Both the position numbers and the translations under genes were made by a program. The notes under the pieces were generated by a model. The model saw nothing but the letters and a program-made list of their open reading frames with translations. It was not told where the DNA came from and searched no databases. A stretch of DNA of 55,692 nucleotides, the filler included, from Catajapyx aquilonaris (taxonomy: Eukaryota), in the NCBI GenBank assembly GCA_000934665.2. It is 2 parts of 2 records of this genome, joined end to end, with 100 filler letters (N's around TTAATTAATTAA, not from the genome) between each part and the next. Parts side by side here need not be neighbours in the genome. Positions count along the whole stretch, not along the records: positions 1 to 27,775 come from KZ539265.1; positions 27,876 to 55,692 come from JYFJ02005007.1. One strand, written 5' to 3'. Shown in pieces: positions 23,001-36,345 of the stretch (the first letter of the stretch is position 1; each line of letters starts with the position of its first letter).

Positions 23001-26000
23001 ACCAACCGAAAAAGAAATGCTAAAACACTGATGTGAGAATAAACACATTTAGGCAATAAAGTTCTAACACTTTAGGCACAGAAGTAATACATTGTGGTTA
23101 TAGTATATGCTTGCAGCTAATTTTTTTTATGCCGCTTCGTTGCAACCGGTTGCAGTTCGATGGAGTATAGTCTATATTATGCAAATTAGTTCGCGACAAA
23201 CAGAATAGGTTAGCAGTTACGGCTGTTTTTTGGGCGGTAGGTGATGTTTTATTTGCGATCGTCATTGGCAATTGTGCCAAAAATTGGGAAATTTGCAATC
23301 TATTAGTCCGGTCCATTTATAACCAAACATCAATACATTCAGAGGTGTGTTCTACTGTGGCCTGGAGCCAACAGCTGGTCTAGCCACGTATATTCGCTAC
23401 AGTACAATTTTAACGGTAAATGATGCAGCACTACGACTACAGTACACTGGAAATATTAGCAACACTGTGTTCATTTGCAGCATGCGCCTGCAGATTGCGA
23501 TATAAAGTGATAGCCCCTTGCACTATATAACACAGACCAAGACGGGCATATAAACGTCGCACATCTCACGAGACAGAGTATAAATTTGTAACACCACTTA
23601 GAAACTTTTGAACCTGGGAATTCTGCCAATGTGTCATCCGGCAACTCTGCCAAATCAGCAGCGTAACAAATAACCACATTTCGTCTGCCAACTCGGTACT
23701 GCTAATTAGCGATTCACTTGCACACCAAAACACTCGCAAGCTACTTGCACCTGGAAGGATGACTTTCATGTTTATAACAAAAACGAATTTCCATTCAGTC
23801 ATTGCTCCGGTCCGGAATCCGGAGCCAATAAGAATGCAACGCCGCACTAATGACTCAACTCATTGTAATGATCGCACATTCCAATGTTCCTCGAGTATTT
23901 CCTCCCGAATACTAAAAAAAAAAATCCCGGATCAGTAACGCGCGCCCCAATCCCTTGTGACGTTCCGTGACTTCCTGTCTACAGATGGCGCAGTTATTCT
24001 CCGGGAAGTTAACTGCATAAGCACCCACGTGAAATCCATTATTTTCTCCCAGCCAGCACGCAACTTATGCATTAACTTTCTCTCGATACACTCTCCAGAA
24101 TGTATGCGCAATTCTTTCAGAAAATAACGCGTGATTTTACACGAATTCCGGACAAATACACTTTCCAGCTAATTTAATATCGTCGTCGGTACCAGCGGGC
24201 AATCAGGACCGTTCTGCATTGATCAGTGAAACTATAGTGAAAAGCGCCGAAATTCTCTTATTTACGCCCTTCTTATCGCCTTCCCATGCTCCAATATTCA
24301 TGAGAGAACAGCGGCAGCACGTATATACAAGGCATCCAGACAGCCAGCCCCACTTCTGCCCGCAACACCAACTGAATCGCCGATTGGATTTGCCTAGGAG
24401 GAATAGGAACCCACTTCCCGGTAACACTTTCGGCCAACCCCAAAGGCCTACATACCCATCCAACCAAAGACGCTGTGAACAAAAAAAAAAAAAAAAACTT
24501 CCTTAAAACAGGCCAAACTATATGAAAGAATTCGCAACAAAAATTAAACCAAGTGAGCCTGTTGACACGGCATATTACGAGCGCCGAGAGCTCGTGTTTT
24601 CCATTACTTGGCACACATTCATATCTTGAATAATTTACGCTCCTGGCTGGGTGAGACGAGATGCACTTGTCAAGGCGGGGCTGAAACCGCGTTGAGAACG
24701 ATGTCAAGTTGACTCGTGATAGTTCGCCACTATCCGCCTCGCATGATTAGTAGGTGAAGGGCTCATGTTCGTGAATAACTTGCATTCGAAACTCGACGTG
24801 GTTCGGTGATAACATGAGATTGCAACATCCAATAGTGAAGCTGCCCGTATCACACAGCAGGATGTTTATCAAAAATGCTCGTATTACTTCCGTACAACCG
24901 GCGGTAAACAACTAAACATTCCAGGAACCTAAAACCGTGTTTCTCCTTATGCTTGTGAAGCGTGGTCAACAAGTTGTCCACGGTACCAGCACCCACCTAA
25001 TTCAACTGCCATACCGACTGACAACGCGTAAGATTTCCCTTACGTCATTCAGTAACACGACGGATTATAACCTAAGCTTAGCGTGCAATACACATTACAT
25101 AAAACATGCTTTGACCCGGCCTTCACACACGTAACCTTAAGCGACATTTAAGAAATACCAGGGCTCCTAAAAATTACAATTTCAAATGCGTGGAAAGGGT
25201 CTCGGGGAATGAGTGACTCGCCTCTTGAGACATTGTATACCGAGTCGGCACTGTCGGAAGGTCATTCATCACCCCCATTCGCTCAGAACCTTGACTCAGA
25301 AATCCAGCCCTACCGTACATATTACGGAATTTAAAACGCGACGTATTTTCCGTAACAACCGAAACTTACGGCTGATACTGCAACATTCAGGTTCAGACGG
25401 CGGTTAATTTATTGCGCCTTTATTCGCGTAAGATTGCGCGCTGTGACAAATGATTGCTCATATAAAATTAATGTAAAGACTCCGTCTTGGGTCACCGACT
25501 CATTACATATGCATTGCCTACGTTCATTGAGGACTGAAATCACGTACGTAGGATATACTTGCATGCACGTTTTGCGACTCAGAAGCACAATGGCTCACGT
25601 ACGATAGTGCCGTACATGCCGGCTTATTAAATTAAATTAAATTAATAAACATTATAACTACTTTAAACCTTTATCGCATGGTTCTGTACTTGAACACCAC
25701 ATATAAACTTAGAATGGGCCCAACTCTATGCAATCGAACCTGAAGGGGATGTTGCCCCACAGTACAGTACGAGATAAAACGGTTGCGTGCCTTCCCTAAT
25801 AAAGCTTCGTTCTCCGATGCAGAAAAAAAGACACACGCATCGACGGTTCCCACACGCGGCTATAAATCGCCTACTGTACGGTACACACATACCACTCGCG
25901 GAGGTAACACAGTGTGAACATTATTATGAAACAAACTCTCGGGATGTAAATTGAGTTTTGAAGCTAATTAAATTCGCTATTGTTTCCCGCGGTTTATGCT

Positions 26001-27293
26001 GCACAATAAAGTTATTTACAGTCAAACCACTGTAAATTCTAAGCCGCGTCCTCCCGAGAAGAAAACCAACAAACCGAAAGTTCTATGGCGAATTTCTAGA
26101 CTCCACCATCCAAACAAGCGCCTGAATGAATCTCATCCTGAAGATATTTGAAGGCCCTTCCTTTCCAACCAGTTTACAAGGTCTCGGGATATTAGCTAAC
26201 ACCCTACGGGATTCCTCCTTCATTACACCTGAGCTCCGCAAATTTCCCAGCCGAACCCAAAACCCTATGCGGTCGCCATGTTCCATCCAACACTCCGTAA
26301 ACAAATTTCCAACCCGTAAATCGGATCCGGCATTCTTATAGGTCCGTTTCCAACACGACGTAGGAGGGTGGGTCAACTCGTTAATCCACTCATTGCATGA
26401 TGGTGGTCGCCATTTTTAGTCCTCAAGAGTGACAACATGGTCCAGCCGTTTTAAGTCCACAACTTATATCTCCAGTCCCCTGTGGTCAAGTGGTTATGTA
26501 ACACTGCTTTGAAAGGGCAACGACAGCCTGAGAATGGGCAGTGTGGAGCAGGCCCATCTCCGCCCATCCTCCACTCGGACTTGCCACTTGACTTCAATTT
26601 AATTACGCACATTACAGCTGCAACCAGAAACGCATTACCATGGATCGAGTTTTGTGGCAAGTCATCTCGCTTGCATGCTCCGCTCGACTCGCCCAAAAGC
26701 CTTGCCTTCGCCTCCCCGGAACTTGATTTCACTTTCGCCAAATCTACTTATGCATCACAAGAGACCCCCCACCCCCCACCCCCTCTTTTTTCCTCCTCTA
26801 ATTAGGCCTCGGGTTGTTTGGATTCCTGGCCCACTTTTTTTTGACGGGAGTTTTTCCCGGTCCCGCAATTCCAAGGAAAAGTGGGTTATCTCTATGTTAC
26901 CGCGTGGGGACTCCTAATGCTTTACTAGGAATGTCGGACTGCTAGAGCTGATTAAACATGAAGTAGGAATGTATCTAAGCTTTTAAAATTTTAGCGCACT
27001 GTGCTTTTCCCTGTGTCTCATGGGATCCAATATAGTTACTTTCGAACAAAATACGTTATGACGACTGTAATGTTAATTAAATTGGTCACAGTGATTTATA
27101 CATTCATGTCCTGAAAATACATTTGCATTAAAAATATTACAATATGTTTCCAGCTATCACATTTCGCGTAACAGATGTAATCAATTCAGTTGCAAAACTT
27201 ACGTAAAGCCCAGTTCCCACGTATTTTCTTGCCCTTAATCGCAAACTGGCACATTTTTTGCTCTGGAAAATCTTATCCGGCAATATTTTTTTA

Positions 27294-27335
<42 letters not shown>

Positions 27336-27353
27336 ATAATTATAATTATAATA
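27294..27353. repeat. (ATT)n microsatellite
   Basis: Run of ATT/ATA triplets that produces the spurious poly-Ile and poly-Asn ORFs. Confidence 0.9.
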
Positions 27354-27775
27354 AAGCGCGTCTTGTTTTATTCGATCCCACCGGTGCGTCCCACCCTCCA
27401 TCATTCTAGCATTTCCACGTGGAACTTGCACATTCAGAGTACCCGATGCCACAAAACTGTAACCACCACCACCGCGATTTATAATCCGCTCAAGCCCTCT
27501 TATTACATCTATGTCTGCAAAAAGCCTCCTGGCAACCAAAATCCTTATAAACGTTCCCCTAAAAAAAACAACAACAACAAACAACAACAAACCGCCCGCA
27601 ATTCATCACGCTTCGACTCGTACTGCATTTGGGTCACCCCAACATCCATGCTCAACTGCCCCAATTATATTTACCACCGTCCCATACAAAAGTTTACGAC
27701 CCCCCATAAAAAAAATATCTACCGGATGAAAAGAAGTCTCTTTTTCGGTGCGACATGTCCGTATATAGCAGTATT

Positions 27776-27875
27776 NNNNNNNNNNNNNNNNNNNNNNNNN
27801 NNNNNNNNNNNNNNNNNNNTTAATTAATTAANNNNNNNNNNNNNNNNNNNNNNNNNNNNNNNNNNNNNNNNNNNN
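27776..27875. other. Artificial assembly gap spacer
   Basis: 44 N + TTAATTAATTAA (27820-27831, stops in all six frames) + 44 N = exactly 100 nt. Confidence 0.92.
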
Positions 27876-29595
27876 AACTGCTGAATGATACACTACGCCA
27901 TCTTTGCTACTCCTTTATTTCTTTTGTTTTACTCCGAGAGGTGCTGCCACCTGTCTGTATAATGCCTAACAGGCTTAAAATTATGAGAGAGGAATCACCC
28001 ATTTTTCGAATCTTCCTGCTTGGATGTTAGATGGCTTCGTTATATGCAAAGGACGAGATTATGTGTATGGGGCTGTTATTCCAAGCAAATGAGGTAATTT
28101 CACATCTTTCAGACAAACATTGAAATGAGAATGGAAGTGAAGAAATAATGTTAGTGATGGAAAAAAACTGAATAGTTCGCTTATCTTGACCTTGATTATA
28201 GGTGAGTGTGGTGAAAGTCCATGTTATTGCAATTTTCAAGGTAATGCAGTAAGTGTTGGACTGACAAGAGGTCATGGTAAGGTCAGAGGAAGGATCTTTG
28301 CATGAAATATTGGTCTAATTTTAAAATAAAATCTACATGTCAGGCTCATCATTACTGATTTAGAATAACCAGACCTCATTCAATAATTATTGTGACTTCC
28401 CTTATTCCTTCCACAAATCCTTCCGTCTTTTCCGAACTGGCCAACTGAAGCCTAGTTCAGGCCTGGAAAGTGTGGGTTTATCCGGATACATATAGTGTCC
28501 AAGTGGGTGCCCATATCGGCCTAGTTTTGTAACTCACTTCTGGCGATCACCTTCACCGTTCTAAAATCTGGCCACAGTGATGTGCACCAAGCTCTGTTGC
28601 GATCATGGAAGATATAGTGTTTCGAATCGTGATTGAACAGCCTGCTCCTCTGCCTTCCAATCCAGCTTTTAGAGTGTTTGAGACATTCCTTTGGTTGTAC
28701 GTGTTGGTCATTGGTTGTGGGTTCAAGTCAAAACTGGTGTCCTTCATAGCAGAATAACGGAACTCATTTTATATGTGGGTTAAAAAAAGATAAGTCCGCT
28801 GAACCTAATATTGAAAGCTAATACTTCGGATAACCACGCAAATAACTGGATTTACCCAGCTTAGAGGCAAAATGCTAATTGTTGGGAAAGGTTCCGTTGA
28901 AACAATGAATCGTCTGTAGTAAAAATGATCCCAGGGGGTGGAGGGGAGGGGGTGGGCCATTGTTCTCCTTCTTTACGACCATCTGTGGGCAAGGTCGCAA
29001 GTCGATCCGAGGCAGTTTGCGGATACATTAATTTCGCGATCTCGGGTTTGCGTCTACATTTAATTTGGCTATCTCCAAAGCGGCAGGGAAATTCGCGATT
29101 ATGAGGATTTTTGGAAACACTAAACCGGGGGGCAAGGAATCCAACGGTGTAAGTCCGAGGTCGCTACGACGCGACGTCGGGAAGTGCGAAATCTTTTCCA
29201 TCCTATATCCTCCTCCTCCTGGGATTGGGGTTTTATATTTGCTTTATATTATTTATGTTATTAGTAGATGATTTTGGTGAGTTCGAGTGAGGTATTTGCC
29301 ATGGCCTGGGGACTTCTGGAGTAATCGACTGCTGGCAAAATGAAGCTGTAGGAAGTAAACTAGCCTCCCTTGATGCACTCAAATGGAATCAATGTACGGA
29401 AAATTAATATGAGATTTAATTTATCAAAAAAGGAGCCACTACACTGTCACTAACTTGTCCAGGCGTTGAAGATCACTTGGAAGGCGTTATACTCTCTGTC
29501 TCTCTCAGTACATCATTAGTGAGATTCATTGGTGATCGACCCACCATTAGCCTCGGAAGTACAGTCGTACGACCATTCTTCATGGCTGGTATATA

Positions 29596-31150
29596 TGTTA
29601 GGCTCAAACCCCGAAAACGGCCATTGCGCGAAAAAACCGTCCATTCTGCAGAATGATCTGTGCCAAACCATCCATTCTGCAGAATGGATGGCTCATTCTG
29701 CAGAATGCTCCATGTCAAACCGTCCATTCTGCAGATTGCTCATTGTCCAACCATCCATTCTGCAGAATGGACGGTTTGACATGGAGCATTCTGCAGAATG
29801 GACGGTTTAATGAAACGGCCAGAGCCCGAAATAATGCTCTTTTTAAGGCCAGAACGCTTTCCTGGGCGATACTTACACGTCAGGACTCCAATTTCGTGTC
29901 GGGATGGCTGGTTTAGAAGACGCCCATAACTCGTTGTGGCAGTTTCCTGTTTCCCACTGTGCCATGTAGAAGCTGGAAATAAATCACCCTATTGTTGTTT
30001 GGCAAATGGTTGAAATACTTAACATTGGATGCTGCTATTTATTTTCCAGGAACTATTACCTCCAAATATTTGATACCATTATTACGTCTAGTGCACCATT
30101 TCCAAGAACTGTGTTAGGCCTACCTCCAAATATTTATAACCATTATTACTACCTTCTTCCAGGAACTCCTATCCTTCAATTATTAGTCTATTTGTTTTTG
30201 CAGGCACTGTTCGGATGACACTTAGAATTACACTTAATATTGCTTGATCGACATTTACATTTCTTATCAATGCAGTACTTTTTGCAGCTGCAACTTATGA
30301 ATCCCTGCTTACTACCTGAACTTAGAGCTGAAGCCGATCGAAGACATACAGAACTGGTGGAAGGAACTTCGTTCAGATCTATAAAATTGGAATCAGCAGG
30401 TGTGAACTCATTGCGAGCATACAGCCTCTCTAAAATGCATTCTTTCGTGCCCAATTGGTAGAGCCCTGATTCATTAACGTCGACAACAACCGCTAACACA
30501 TTCCTAGGAGCCAAACGTCCTCGATCGACTTCAGGTACCCTAACCACGACGTTTCTCCCTATGTCGACAGGGGAAAGCCTTGAGTTGGACAGAGAAATCA
30601 TTTGCTCAGCTTGTTTTTTCTGATTTAATCTTGCACCTTGACGCTTACTTTTTATACTCTCTTTCCTTAAACACAGGTTGCAAGTGATTCCAGCATCATC
30701 AAATGTTAAGTATTTCAACCATTTGCCAAACAACAATAGGGTGATTTATTTCCAGCTTCTACATGGCACAGTGGGAAACAGGAAACTGCCACAACGAGTT
30801 ATGGGCGTCTTCTAAACCAGCCATCCCGACACGAAATTGGAGTCCTGACGTGTAAGTTTCCCCCAGGAAAGCATTCTGGCCTTAAAAAGAGCATTTCGGG
30901 CTCTGGCCGTTTCATTAAACCGTCCATTCTGCAGAATGGATGGTTTGAGAAAGGAGCATTCTGAAGAATGGACGGGTTAAAACTGTTTAAAACATCCACT
31001 CTGCAGAATGCTCCATGTCAAACTGTCCACTCTGCAGAATGGATGGTTGGACAATGAGCATTCTGCAGAATAGACGGTTTGATATGGATCATTCTGCAGA
31101 ATGGACGGTTTTTTTCGCGCAATGGCCGTTTTCGGGGTTTGAGCCTAACA
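29596..31150 (-). mobile_element. Non-autonomous Ginger2/TDD-like DNA transposon with long TIRs
   Basis: TGTTAGG...CCTAACA termini; 4-bp TSD TATA (29592-29595, 31151-31154); TIRs ~29596-30026 and ~30702-31150, each with six copies of the palindrome CATTCTGCAGAATG or single-base variants. Confidence 0.85.
30188..30736 (-). pseudogene. C-terminal remnant of a Ginger2/KRBA2-like transposase
   Basis: VVVRVPEVDRGRLAPRNVLAVV...LYQLGTK...LYARNEF and Cys-rich tail CSCKKYCIDKKCKCRSSNIKCNSKCHPNSACKNK typical of Ginger2-type integrases; no DDE core; the ORF starts inside the right TIR. Confidence 0.75.
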
Positions 31151-32681
31151 TATACAAAGCACACTATATAGAAGTACGTATCCGAGTGTGGCTGCTAAAA
31201 GGGTGTAGACCTACATGTGACCTGTCAATGGCAGTTCCACTACACGGGGATCTGAAATTAATTAATAATAAATAGATGCATTGTAATAATACCGTAGATA
31301 ATTATATAATGAACAATGCAGTGTCTTCATCGTTGTAAAATACGTGGTTGTACCACTGCTTCATGTAAGCCTCCAAATAAGAATAGCGTGCCGGAGTGTC
31401 CCCGGCCCTCACCCAGCAGAGGCGGACTTCCGCAATTATTATAATATCTGCATATAAATGCATTTCTTTAGTTTTTCATTATTTTTCTGATGATTTGTAA
31501 TAAACCGAACACTCAAACATGTAGAGTACACATTCTTTGACTTACGTACTGTACATCATTACTTCATTAGCATGTCGATGGTGAAATGGAATGTGTATAT
31601 GGGTGATTGACCAAAAACTTACCAATACCATTTCCCAGCATAATAACTCAAAAATGGCTTGACTGAGAGAGTTGATTTTTAAACATTTGGAGAAGCAGTT
31701 GACATCTAGCCATCCCCATGAAAACAAAGAAAAATATTAAATTAAGTTTTACTGCAAAAAATGTCAAAGGGCCTAAAATCACTATTCTTGGCATGTCCCG
31801 ATCTCATTTTAAAGCATGCTATATTTTCTTACAATTTTATTATTAACATTAGACAAGTTTCAATACTATATAATTAAATTGTACACAGTTGCAGGTATAA
31901 AACAACATTTTTAAAACGATTTACTCATTTGACATGACCTTGCTGCATCCCTCCAAATTGTGTCCCGAGTTTTCCAGGAAATAAAAGGTTCACACTCCTG
32001 GCTCATTTTTCTATGTCACAAAATAGCTTAAATTTTTGAAATAACTGTGATTCCATGGCATGAAGGGTCTTCTTGAACCCACAGAAATTTCCAGAGTCAA
32101 CGTTTGTTCTGGACCGTGATATTAATCCTATTGCATGCATAGGTCATTCTTCTGGCTCCCGAACTCCTGGAAATATTCACTCTCCTGGCATTAGAATATC
32201 AGAATTATTGGTTTTCCATATTTTTCCCTGATTTGTGACCTCATATAGAGTAAGTGAGAATTTTTCCAGATTTTTAAAACAAGTTTTGAAATTTATTAAT
32301 TCTTGCTTTGAAAATGGTAAGTTTTTGGAGAATCACCTATATACGTCTTCCTCTTCGATTCAGGCTTTATGAGCATTTCTAGGGCGAAACTATCCCAGTT
32401 CATTAAGAAGGTTTCGGTTTCATCTTATAAATTTTCATCGCAATATTCGATGGTGATGTCTCATACTGATGCGAAGTCCGTATGATTCACATCTCCCTGT
32501 ATTCTACCTGCGTATGTTTTCATTATGTAAAAGGTGATAATTATATTCGCAACATCTCCGATGGTGTAACAATACTTATTACTGACGACGTGTGTTTCAT
32601 GCTACAAAGATGGTTATTGCGTATTTTGCAAGAAGAATGATGAAGAAAGAATAATCATAATATAATAAGTACGCCTATTTA

Positions 32682-33112
32682 TTTATTTATTTATTTATTT
32701 ATTTATTTTTTAATTACACCCTTGAAGCCTTCTGGCTTATGTAGGGGGAGGTTTTTCTGCCATTTTCTAACTCTCCAGTGCTGGAATGGAGGGGGGGACA
32801 GTGGTGCAAGTGCAATGTCTCATGGCGGAGGCCGTGTGCAGTCCCCCAGAGGGCTAGGTTGAAAGACGACCCTCTAGGTGCGGGTAAGAGGCCTCCCACA
32901 AACGCCGCACCTCCTCCAGTACGGGGCAGGGATAGGGAAGGCAGGAAGCGGCTGTGGCCTACGATTAGGAAACAACTCCGGTATTCACCTGGGGGTGACC
33001 GTGGGAAACCACAGAAAACCACGGTCAGAGTTGCCGGCCTGGGGATTTGATCCCTGGACCTCCCGATTTGCAGCCGGATACCAAATCCCCTCAGCTACTG
33101 CTGCTTCGGTAT
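32682..33112 (-). mobile_element. tRNA-derived SINE with (TAAA)n tail and 17-bp TSD
   Basis: Minus strand A-box TAGCTGAGGGG, B-box GGATCAAATCCC, central GTTTTCTGTGGTTTCCC...CAGGTGAATACCGG block, (TAAA)n tail; TSD ATAAGTACGCCTATTTA at 32665-32681 and 33113-33129; absent from the paralogous site near 43660. Confidence 0.85.
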
Positions 33113-33633
33113 ATAAGTACGCCTATTTAATAATGCATTCTCCTGGCGCTGAGAAAGATCACGGCCAATATAGGGATATGCCGAATATTTTCATAGGCCT
33201 ATATTGCGATTCTCACTGACAAGTGAGATCAGATGGAAGTCGAATAAGAGTGTATTGCTATGCTAATAAAATGATGCATTGCATATTAATGTGCGCAAGG
33301 TACAAGTTTTCCCTTCCTCCCTCCATCATTACCTTCCTTTGATTTTATTTCTTCTGTTCAGCAGTAAAAATGTGCTGATTGCAACTAATAGTGTATAGTC
33401 ATATTGCATTAATTTGTAAGCCTCTGTCCTATAGTTATTGCTTCGTATTAGATTTTGATGTATCATTCTTCTTGCCATCTTTCCCAACGTCGCAATTGTT
33501 CATCTGTAACTATAAAAACTTAAGGAAATTATTATAGAAAGTCTCAATAAAGAATGAAGAGGGATGTAGTCCCACGAGTAGATATTTATATTAATATACA
33601 GTATGTGTTTTCATTAATTTGTTTGCATGTGAT

Positions 33634-35386
33634 CTAGTGCTTGATAATATTAAATTTTGACATATCATTCTTGTTGTCATCGGTCCCGCCGTCGGAATTG
33701 TCCTTCTGGAAGGAGGCAAATGACGAGTTCAGGTTACATCTCCAACATTTTGCACCACACATTTGCATGCAGAATTTCTTAAACTGACCATAACAACTCA
33801 CCTGCTGAATTGCTCTTACTGGGAAGCAAACGTACTGGTCCATGTATGAAGACGGGACCTGGGCCTGTAAAGACATACAGTGAGTCGTTGTATAGCATAC
33901 AGGAGAATGAAACATGTAATGTGTTTTGATGGATTTTAATCGCGACATACCTTGGTGCGCGACATCCCGTATGACTGGAGATAAAAATCGAGAAATAAAA
34001 TAAATATAGCGGGTGCCGCAAGCAGACCCCAAAATTGGGGGTACCTCGGATGATCGCACTCGATGAAAAGAAGCTGACCCTGATGCACACCCAGCAAGAC
34101 GAACTGGACCTTTTTATTAAATAATGAAAATAATGAAATTAAATATTATTGTAGCCTTACCAACTGCCAGTTTTAATCGAATTAGCCATATTTCGCTCTG
34201 TTCATTGCTAAGGCTTTACTGTCAGCAGCCAACAACTACACGTAATTAATTACATTTTCTCAGCGGATTGAGCAGGTTGAGGGGAAGCCTACATTCAGGT
34301 ACAAATTGCAATGAATTATCGAGCTATTTCTGATGTGATTTGGCCTCACCATCTGGACTGTGGTCAGGTACTTCTTCCACCAGAGGTACTTGTGGTATCC
34401 CAGGCCAGCCAGGAGGTAATACGAGTACATCAGCACGTGCACAAACGAGTTCAAAAGGCAGATTAATGTGGACTGTCCACCTGAAATGAGACGGTAATGA
34501 CTATCTTGCGCGAAATATTAGCATACTTTAAAAATTAATAAGCCTCATACCTGCAATAAATTTCAGCCCGTACCACACACAAAAAGGCATGCCTGCATGG
34601 TGCATCACGTGAAGAAAAGTCATCTGGTCGTACTTTTTCCTAAGCGCGAAGAACACCTGAAATGGACGAGGTACGTATTTTGATAGCTCCTCGTACAATG
34701 ATTAATATAATTGGGCATTGTTGTGTTCCTTACAGTGTCGCACCAGTCGATCATCTTGGAAATGTAGAACAGCCAGCTTGCTTGAACCATCTGCAATAGA
34801 AACACTTATAGTTACGCTGAGAAGTTTTCAAACAATTAGTAACTTACGGCCATGGCCTGTGGACTTCTGGAGTAGTCCACTGGCTGGCAAATGAAGCTGT
34901 AGGAAGTGAACCAGCCTCCCTTGATGCACTACATGGAATCAAAGCAGGATGAAAGTATATACTGTATAGAAATATTTTGTTTAAAAAATAATATCATACA
35001 CTTCGTTAATGTCACTTGCCACTTACCAGAGCGATTATCTAGGCGTTGACTATCACTCGAAAAGTATTATACGCGGTCACTAATTTAGTGAGCGTCATTG
35101 GTGGTCTACCCGTCATTAGTCTCGGAAGTATATAAGACACTAGAAAGACGTATCCGAAGCTGGCTGCCACAAGTGTGTACGTGTGACCAGTCAATGGCAG
35201 CTCCATCACTCGAGGATCTGAAATTAATTAATTATGAACAGTACAGATGTAAGTTATTGTAATAACAGATGTAATGACCAATGATGCAGTACCTTCATCG
35301 TCGTAAAATATGTGGTTGTACCATTGCTTAGTGTAAGCCCCCAAAGCAATGTTGTTTTCTGCAGACATCATCGTGTTGCCAGCCAT
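33634..35386 (-). pseudogene. ELOVL: ELOVL elongase copy B, 9 exons, in-frame TAG at codon 91
   Basis: Exons 35386-35293, 35217-35027, 34928-34848, 34790-34734, 34656-34551, 34480-34350, 34109-33951, 33864-33802, 33705-33634. Motifs DPRV, CQPVDYS, FLHVMHH, NSFVHVLMYSYY, WWKKYLTTVQM. TAG at 35041-35039 where copies C and E have TGG (Trp). Confidence 0.8.
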
Positions 35387-36089
35387 TGTCTTTTCCGATT
35401 GTCCTGCCCTAATTATCGTTCCAGGCTGTGGATATGCGGAAAGCAGTTCACTTGAAGCTGTATCATGAGTGATTCTAAGTGTAATCAACCAATGATCATG
35501 CCACACAAACGACTGAGTTACACACTACACTGGAATGTGTGCTTTTAAAAAGCTCGCTTTCTTTATTTTGCTGTAAAGAAACTCTGGGTGTAGGATATAA
35601 TCACTCACGATATACGGAATGTAACGTATGTTGTAACTTGCAACGCTGGCAATATGTCGCATTTTGCAGAAAAACGGTATAATTACTGTAGTATCGTCGC
35701 GTTGTGAACACGTTTTCTATAGGGATAAAATCGCTTGTAATAATATATTGTAAGTAGCCATCGTGCATTGAGCAATACTTCAGCAACAACAAGAACAATT
35801 TGCCTTATTTTACTGCGAGAATAAGTGTTCCCCGTTTCTTGTATTGTGTATTTGCGGCAGGACAATTATTATATCTTTATAGTAATATAAATGCATTTTA
35901 GTTACTAATTTTACACTATGCAACACGATATTTGTCAAGGGAAAATCATCTCTATTTCTATGTTCCTTAGGTCACTCTTAACTCATAATGACCATTGATT
36001 TTATCTTCTATTTGTTTTTGACCTCGGGGCAGTAAAAGAACCAAATCCTCAAAATGCAGTGATCATTTCGCAATAACGTGGGTAAAATG

Positions 36090-36345
36090 TTGCTAGACCA
36101 ACAGGGTAACGTATGCGCCCACGGATGTTAAGGTCCCGGGATCAAATCCCGTCCGGGAACACCCCCTTCATCTCGTGCAGAGTTCAGGGTCACCTCTGGC
36201 TTCGTCACGGGTGGTATTTCCGTTAAGACAAACCACCCGGGGGAGTTCCCTAATAGTGGCCACACAAGGACATTGCAGTGCACCTTGCACATCCCCTCCT
36301 GTCATCCTGCCCATGGGCCCAGCTCCCACTCAGCACTTTTATATG
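36090..36345 (+). mobile_element. Degenerate tRNA-derived SINE
   Basis: GGTAACGT...AAGGTCCCGGGATCAAATCCC (B-box ~36139-36150) and GCACCTTGCACATCCCCTCC resemble the SINE at 6467-6838. Confidence 0.45.

Larger units (their letters stand above)
29298..31376 (-). pseudogene. ELOVL: ELOVL relic A (exons 1-3 only; exon 2 split by a Ginger2-like element)
   Basis: Degenerate exon 3 (~29298-29378), exon 2 halves (~29460-29595 and 31151-31253), exon 1 remnant (~31322-31376); indels and stops; no exons 4-9. Confidence 0.85.
27980..35860. repeat. Segmental duplication unit A (paralogue of 41413-47130)
   Basis: 27980-28668 matches 41413-42138; 31161-31376 matches 42141-42370; 32435-33630 matches 43440-45080; the ELOVL at 33634-35386 is highly similar to that at 45117-46816, introns included. 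Confidence 0.85.

Noticed and set aside
20160..27775. Many short ORFs in the GC-patchy region upstream of BCOR
   Set aside because: No recognisable domains or consistent exon chain; most likely BCOR 5' UTR exons, introns and regulatory DNA that I cannot delimit without transcripts.
27258..27827. 189-aa poly-Ile ORF and 99-aa poly-Asn antisense ORF
   Set aside because: Produced by the (ATT)n microsatellite; the longer ORF runs into the N gap.
29640..29810. Regularly spaced palindromic repeats resembling a CRISPR array (also 30920-31110)
   Set aside because: Spacers are short and related to each other, the array is mirrored in the opposite TIR of a transposon, there are no cas genes and the context is eukaryotic.
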